This document shows, in pieces, positions 35,278 through 39,084 of a stretch of DNA of 39,084 nt; position 1 is the first letter of the stretch; each line of letters opens with the position of its first letter. The DNA comes from Octopus bimaculoides (lineage: Eukaryota), in assembly GCF_001194135.2 (NCBI RefSeq), contig NC_069007.1:9582771-9621854 (forward strand), read 5' to 3'. Below the pieces are notes generated by a model that was not told where the DNA came from, did no database searches, and worked only from the letters and a program-made list of their open reading frames with translations. The position numbers were made by a program, and so were the translations under genes.

Positions 35278-35650
35278 TGTTAGCATGCCGGGCGAAATGC
35301 TTAGCGGTATTTCGTCTGCCACTGCGTTCTGAGTTCAAATTCCGCCGCGGTCGACTTTGCCTTTCATCGTTTCAGGGTCAATAAATTAAGTACCAGTTAC
35401 GTACTGGGGTTGATATAATCGACTTAATCCGTTTGTCTGTCCTTGTTTGTCCCCTCTGTGTGTAGCCCCTTGTGGGCAGTAAAGAAATAGGTATTTCACC
35501 TGTTGCTAAATTCTGAGTTCAAATTCCACCAAGGTCAACTTTGACTTTCATCCTTTTGGGATTGATAAAATAAGTGCCAGTGAAACACTGGGGTCGATGT
35601 AACCGTCTTACCCCTCCCACAAAATTTCAGGCCTTGTGCTTTTAGTAGAA
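35278..35650 (+). mobile_element. Two tandem tRNA-derived SINEs with Meta-like core
   Basis: ttctgagttcaaattcc (B box) followed by gactttgcctttcatc.tttc.gggtc.ataaa.taagtaccagtt...ctggggt.gat in both 35278-35490 and 35490-35650. Confidence 0.8.
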
Positions 35651-35871
35651 GATTATTATGTATACAGCCCCACCACACCGTCAGCCATGATTAAGCAGTC
35701 GTTCCCTTAGCATGGGTGGGGGGTTGACTGAATAATGGATTGTGGCCGCCCCCAGATCTATTTCCAGTACTATTTTATAATCATCATCATTGTCATTGTT
35801 GTCGCTGTTGTTGTTTTAACATCCACTTTTTCTGCGCTTGCGTGCATCAGATGGATATATTTATTGTGAAA

Positions 35872-35950
35872 GAGATTGGGACTCATGGGGGCAATGACAA
35901 ATTACCGAAATCTTTGGCAGTATGCTGTGCTTGAGAAAACTCGTCAGCAG
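35872..35950 (+). mobile_element. Short fragment of the same RTE ORF end
   Basis: LGLMGAMTNYRNLWQYAVLEKTRQ matches LGLTEAMTRDRDLWRYAVIEKSRQ of the 18271-18940 copy. Confidence 0.65.
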
Positions 35951-36247
35951 GTACAGCACCAACAACACATGCCCAGGTCCGCCTTCAGAGTTCTAGAAAG
36001 GAGATATGTAACATCATTGGCCAGCCACGTCTGGCAACTAAGAGATGATGGGGTTCTATACTCAATTTCATGGAAAATCCTTGAGAACCCATGCCCCTAC
36101 ATCAACGAAATGAAGTGTTGCATGCTATGCATAGCTGAACATGCAAGAACCCTAAAAGATTCACTCAAACTAGGGAACATCCTTAACTCCAGAACGGAGA
36201 TTTTGGGGCCATGTTTACATTTCAGGAGGTTCCTGCTAGCTTTTTGA
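35950..36247 (+). mobile_element. PLE GIY-YIG endonuclease C-terminal fragment (Naiad-like by recollection)
   Basis: H..RSAF.....Y.TSLASHVWQLRD....YSISWKIL..PCPY......CMLCIAE......ILNSRTEILGPCLHFRRFLL matches the recalled PLE C-terminal pattern T.L..H.W.L...Y.I.W.I...PY...C.LC..E...LN.R.E....C.H. 5'-truncated. Confidence 0.7.
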
Positions 36248-36639
36248 AGCCCACAAAATAGTGGTATAGCCAGAAATTGATTGCCAATAGCAAAGGAAGA
36301 TAATCCCTAATTGTTACCTTTGAGTAGTGAGACATTTTCCCCTCCGTATTTTTAAGAGGTCATGGGCCAACAGGTTTTTGGGATCTGATGATACACCATA
36401 AAGGTACCATGCTGTGGGACTGAACCTAGAACCATGTGGTTAGGAAGCAAGCTTCTTATCCCACAGCCTCACCTGCAGCAGACTTGAATGTGAATATGCT
36501 AATCACTGTTGCACTTAGTCTACAGAAACCTTCTTTCCAATGAATAAATGTTCATACCACAGTTGATTCATTGAGGTAAGGAGGCTTTAAAACATTGCAA
36601 TGTTTTGACCTGGTTGTATCTCTTCACTTAAAGTTACTT

Positions 36640-37650
36640 CCAGTTTAATGAATCGAAACAAGAATATGTGGGACACTGGTGTTTTGGGATTGTTGTGCCT
36701 CTTCAGTCAAAGCTACAACTGACTCAGTGAAATTAAACAAGAATATGAGGCACTTGTTTATAGAAATTAACAAATTATTTGCTGATGCTTGCTGATGTCT
36801 GCTAAACTGATAATAATCCATCATGTGCATGAAGATGAGCGAGAATCAAAATGATAAACATATTTATTCCAAATATGTTCTGGCAGATTTCAGCATGAAT
36901 ATGCTAATAACAACTGTATTTTGTCTATGGGGAACAACTTCTCCTTTCAGACTATATGTATTTATAACACACTCAGTCATTGAGGTAAAGTGCACTTTGG
37001 ACACTGGTGTTTTGATATTGTTGTACCTCTTCAGTCAAAACGACCCCACTGTTTGGTGAATGTAAAGAAGAATTTGTTGTTCTTGTTTATGGAAATCAAC
37101 AAACAAATTATTTTTGATGAAGGACTAAGATATCTGGCACTTTGTTGTACTCAAGAAGACCCTTCTGTCACAGCAGAATTGATATCAGTACTGGCGCCAC
37201 AAACAAAGAACCCAGATATCTGGTACCTGGCTGTACTCAACCTGTCCACCAGAACAAAATTGATACTGGTGCTGGTGCCACTGACAAAGGACCGAGATAT
37301 TTGGTGCTTTACTGTACTCAAGAACACCTGTCTGCCATAGCAAAATTGATAATGGTGCTGATGCCATTTAAAAATACTTGAGCTGTTTCCATGTAAAAAG
37401 CACTGGTGTTGGTGCTACATAAAAAGTACCCAGTATATTCTATTGAGTGTTTGGTGTTAGGATGGGCGTCCAGTTGTAGAAACTATGCCAGAACAGCAGC
37501 CTGGTTCAGTCCCTGGCCTTACCAGCTCTAGTCAAACCATCCAAGTTCCAATGTCTGCCAAATGAATATCAAATTATCATATGCAGTGTATGGAGTGAAA
37601 ATTAACAGCAAATATCAAAACAATAATGTTGAATTCATTCCTAATATGTT
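36640..37650. repeat. Degenerate duplications: a roughly 330-bp unit pair, three roughly 84-bp units and a dispersed partial copy
   Basis: gacactggtgttttg..attgttgt.cctcttcagtcaaa at about 36672 and 37000; agatat.tgg....tgtactcaa...aattgat at about 37128, 37214 and 37295; 37550-37650 resembles 36795-36880. Confidence 0.65.
37395..37545 (+). mobile_element. Diverged RTE 3'UTR fragment
   Basis: ggtgttaggatgggcgtccagttgtagaaac...gtcaaaccatccaa, similar to the other RTE tails. Confidence 0.6.
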
Positions 37651-38189
37651 TCTTTAGGTTCCAATGGCGAGCTGGTACCGCCATTAGCAACACCAAGAAA
37701 AATGCATAGCGACATTTCTTCCATCTTCATGTTCTGAGTTCAAATGGCACCAAGGTCGACTTTGTCTTTCATCCTTTTGGGGTCAATAATGTAAGTACCC
37801 CAGTTGAGCATTGGGGTTGATCTAACTGACTTACCCCTCCCCTAAAATTGCTGACCTTGTGTCTAAATTTGAAGCCAGCATGTTCCTTCAGGTTAATGGT
37901 TCCACGATAAAATGGTAACCACCGAATATGGTATTGTTTGGAGAAGATTTGGCTGTGATTTTATGCATCACAAATGGTTCTTAGGTGGTGGTGGTATTTA
38001 TGATGGTGGTGGTCGTGTTGATGGTGGTGATGGTAGCTGTGTTGGAGGTTGTTGGGGGAAGTGGTGGTGTTGATGGTGTTGATGGTGGTGTTTGTGGTTG
38101 TCATGTGAGGTGGTGATGGCAGTGGAATTGATGCTGTTAGTGGTGGTGTCTGGTGTTGATGGTGTTGGTGGTGGTGTTGGTTGTTGTGA

Positions 38190-39084
38190 GTGGTTGTGAT
38201 GGTAACAGTGGTGGTGCCAGTGGTAATGGTACTATTGATAGTGTTGGTATTGGTGGTGGTGGTGCCAATGGTAATGGTACTATTGATAGTGTTGGTATTG
38301 GTGGTGGTGGTGCCAATGGTAATGGTACTATTGATAGTGTTGGTATTGGTGGTGGTGGTGCCAATGGNNNNNNNNNNNNNNNNNNNNNNNNNNNNNNNNN
38401 NNNNNNNNNNNNNNNNNNNNNNNNNNNNNNNNNNNNNNNNNNNNNNNNNNNNNNNNNNNNNNNNNNNNNNNNNNNNNNNNNNNNNNNNNNNNNNNNNNNN
38501 NNNNNNNNNNNNNNNNNNNNNNNNNNNNNNNNNNNNNNNNNNNNNNNNNNNNNNNNNNNNNNNNNNNNNNNNNNNNNNNNNNNNNNNNNNNNNNNNNNNN
38601 NNNNNNNNNNNNNNNNNNNNNNNNNNNNNNNNNNNNNNNNNNNNNNNNNNNNNNNNNNNNNNNNNNNNNNNNNNNNNNNNNNNNNNNNNNNNNNNNNNNN
38701 NNNNNNNNNNNNNNNNNNNNNNNNNNNNNNNNNNNNAGTGGTGGTGCCAGTGGTAATGGTACTATTGATAGTGTTGGTATTGGTGGTGGTGGTGCCAATG
38801 GTAATGGTACTATTGATAGTGTTGGTATTGGTGGTGGTGGTGCCAATGGTAATGCTACTATTGATAGTGTTGGTATTGGTGGTGGTGGTACCAATGGTAA
38901 TGGTACTATTGATAGTGTTGGTATTGGTGGTGGTGGTGCCAATGGTAATGGTACTATTGATAGTGTTGGTATTGGTGGTGGTGGTGCCAATGGTAATGGT
39001 ACTATTGATAGTGTTGGTATTGGTGCTGGTGGTGCCAATGGTAATGGTACTATTGATAGTGTTGGTATTGGTGGTGGTGGTGCC
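38190..39084. repeat. 48-bp minisatellite, highly homogeneous, runs off the window end
   Basis: Unit GGTGGTGGTGGTGCCAATGGTAATGGTACTATTGATAGTGTTGGTATT; actattgata at 38761 and 38809; gap at 38368-38736. Confidence 0.95.

Larger units (their letters stand above)
798..38736. other. 16 assembly gaps (N runs)
   Basis: 798-1137, 2696-3672, 4074-4083, 5101-5615, 10339-11043, 11755-11863, 13250-14063, 15354-16060, 16968-17179, 20433-21010, 24164-24173, 24881-25156, 30798-30939, 33240-33825, 34757-34789, 38368-38736. Most are bordered by microsatellites. Confidence 0.98.

Noticed and set aside
36385-36391. CTGATGA about 140 nt downstream of the PLE endonuclease stop
   Set aside because: No GAAA or stem III follows because a SINE fragment begins immediately after; a hammerhead cannot be supported.
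38190-39084. CRISPR-like array or repetitive structural protein
   Set aside because: Eukaryotic context, contiguous units without unique spacers, and no start or splice context.

Overview
Eukaryotic, AT-rich, microsatellite- and transposon-saturated genomic DNA with 16 N-gaps (about 6.4 kb, roughly 16% of the window). The repeat families (tRNA-derived SINEs with CORE-like and Meta-like cores, RTE LINE 3' ends with (GAT)n tails, Penelope-like elements, mariner MITEs) point to a coleoid cephalopod, most likely Octopus; this is an inference from repeat content only. One host coding exon is well supported: 26399-27994 (+), 1596 nt, phase 1-1. It encodes the RESP18-homology domain and a long acidic, granin-like pro-region of an IA-2/phogrin (PTPRN/PTPRN2) receptor tyrosine phosphatase. 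Most of the rest is probably intron of this gene. The most interesting non-coding signals are: (1) a complete minimal type-I hammerhead ribozyme (22868-22910, minus strand) inside a near-perfect inverted repeat just downstream of a decayed Penelope-like RT, while both plus-strand copies of the same element have lost the catalytic core; (2) a 420-bp foldback MITE nested in a putative Helitron; (3) an RTE/Penelope-endonuclease junction; (4) a strong CTCF-consensus site; (5) old degenerate tandem arrays. Nearly all other ORFs in the supplied track are microsatellite or gap artefacts. No database searches were run, so family names come from recalled motifs.
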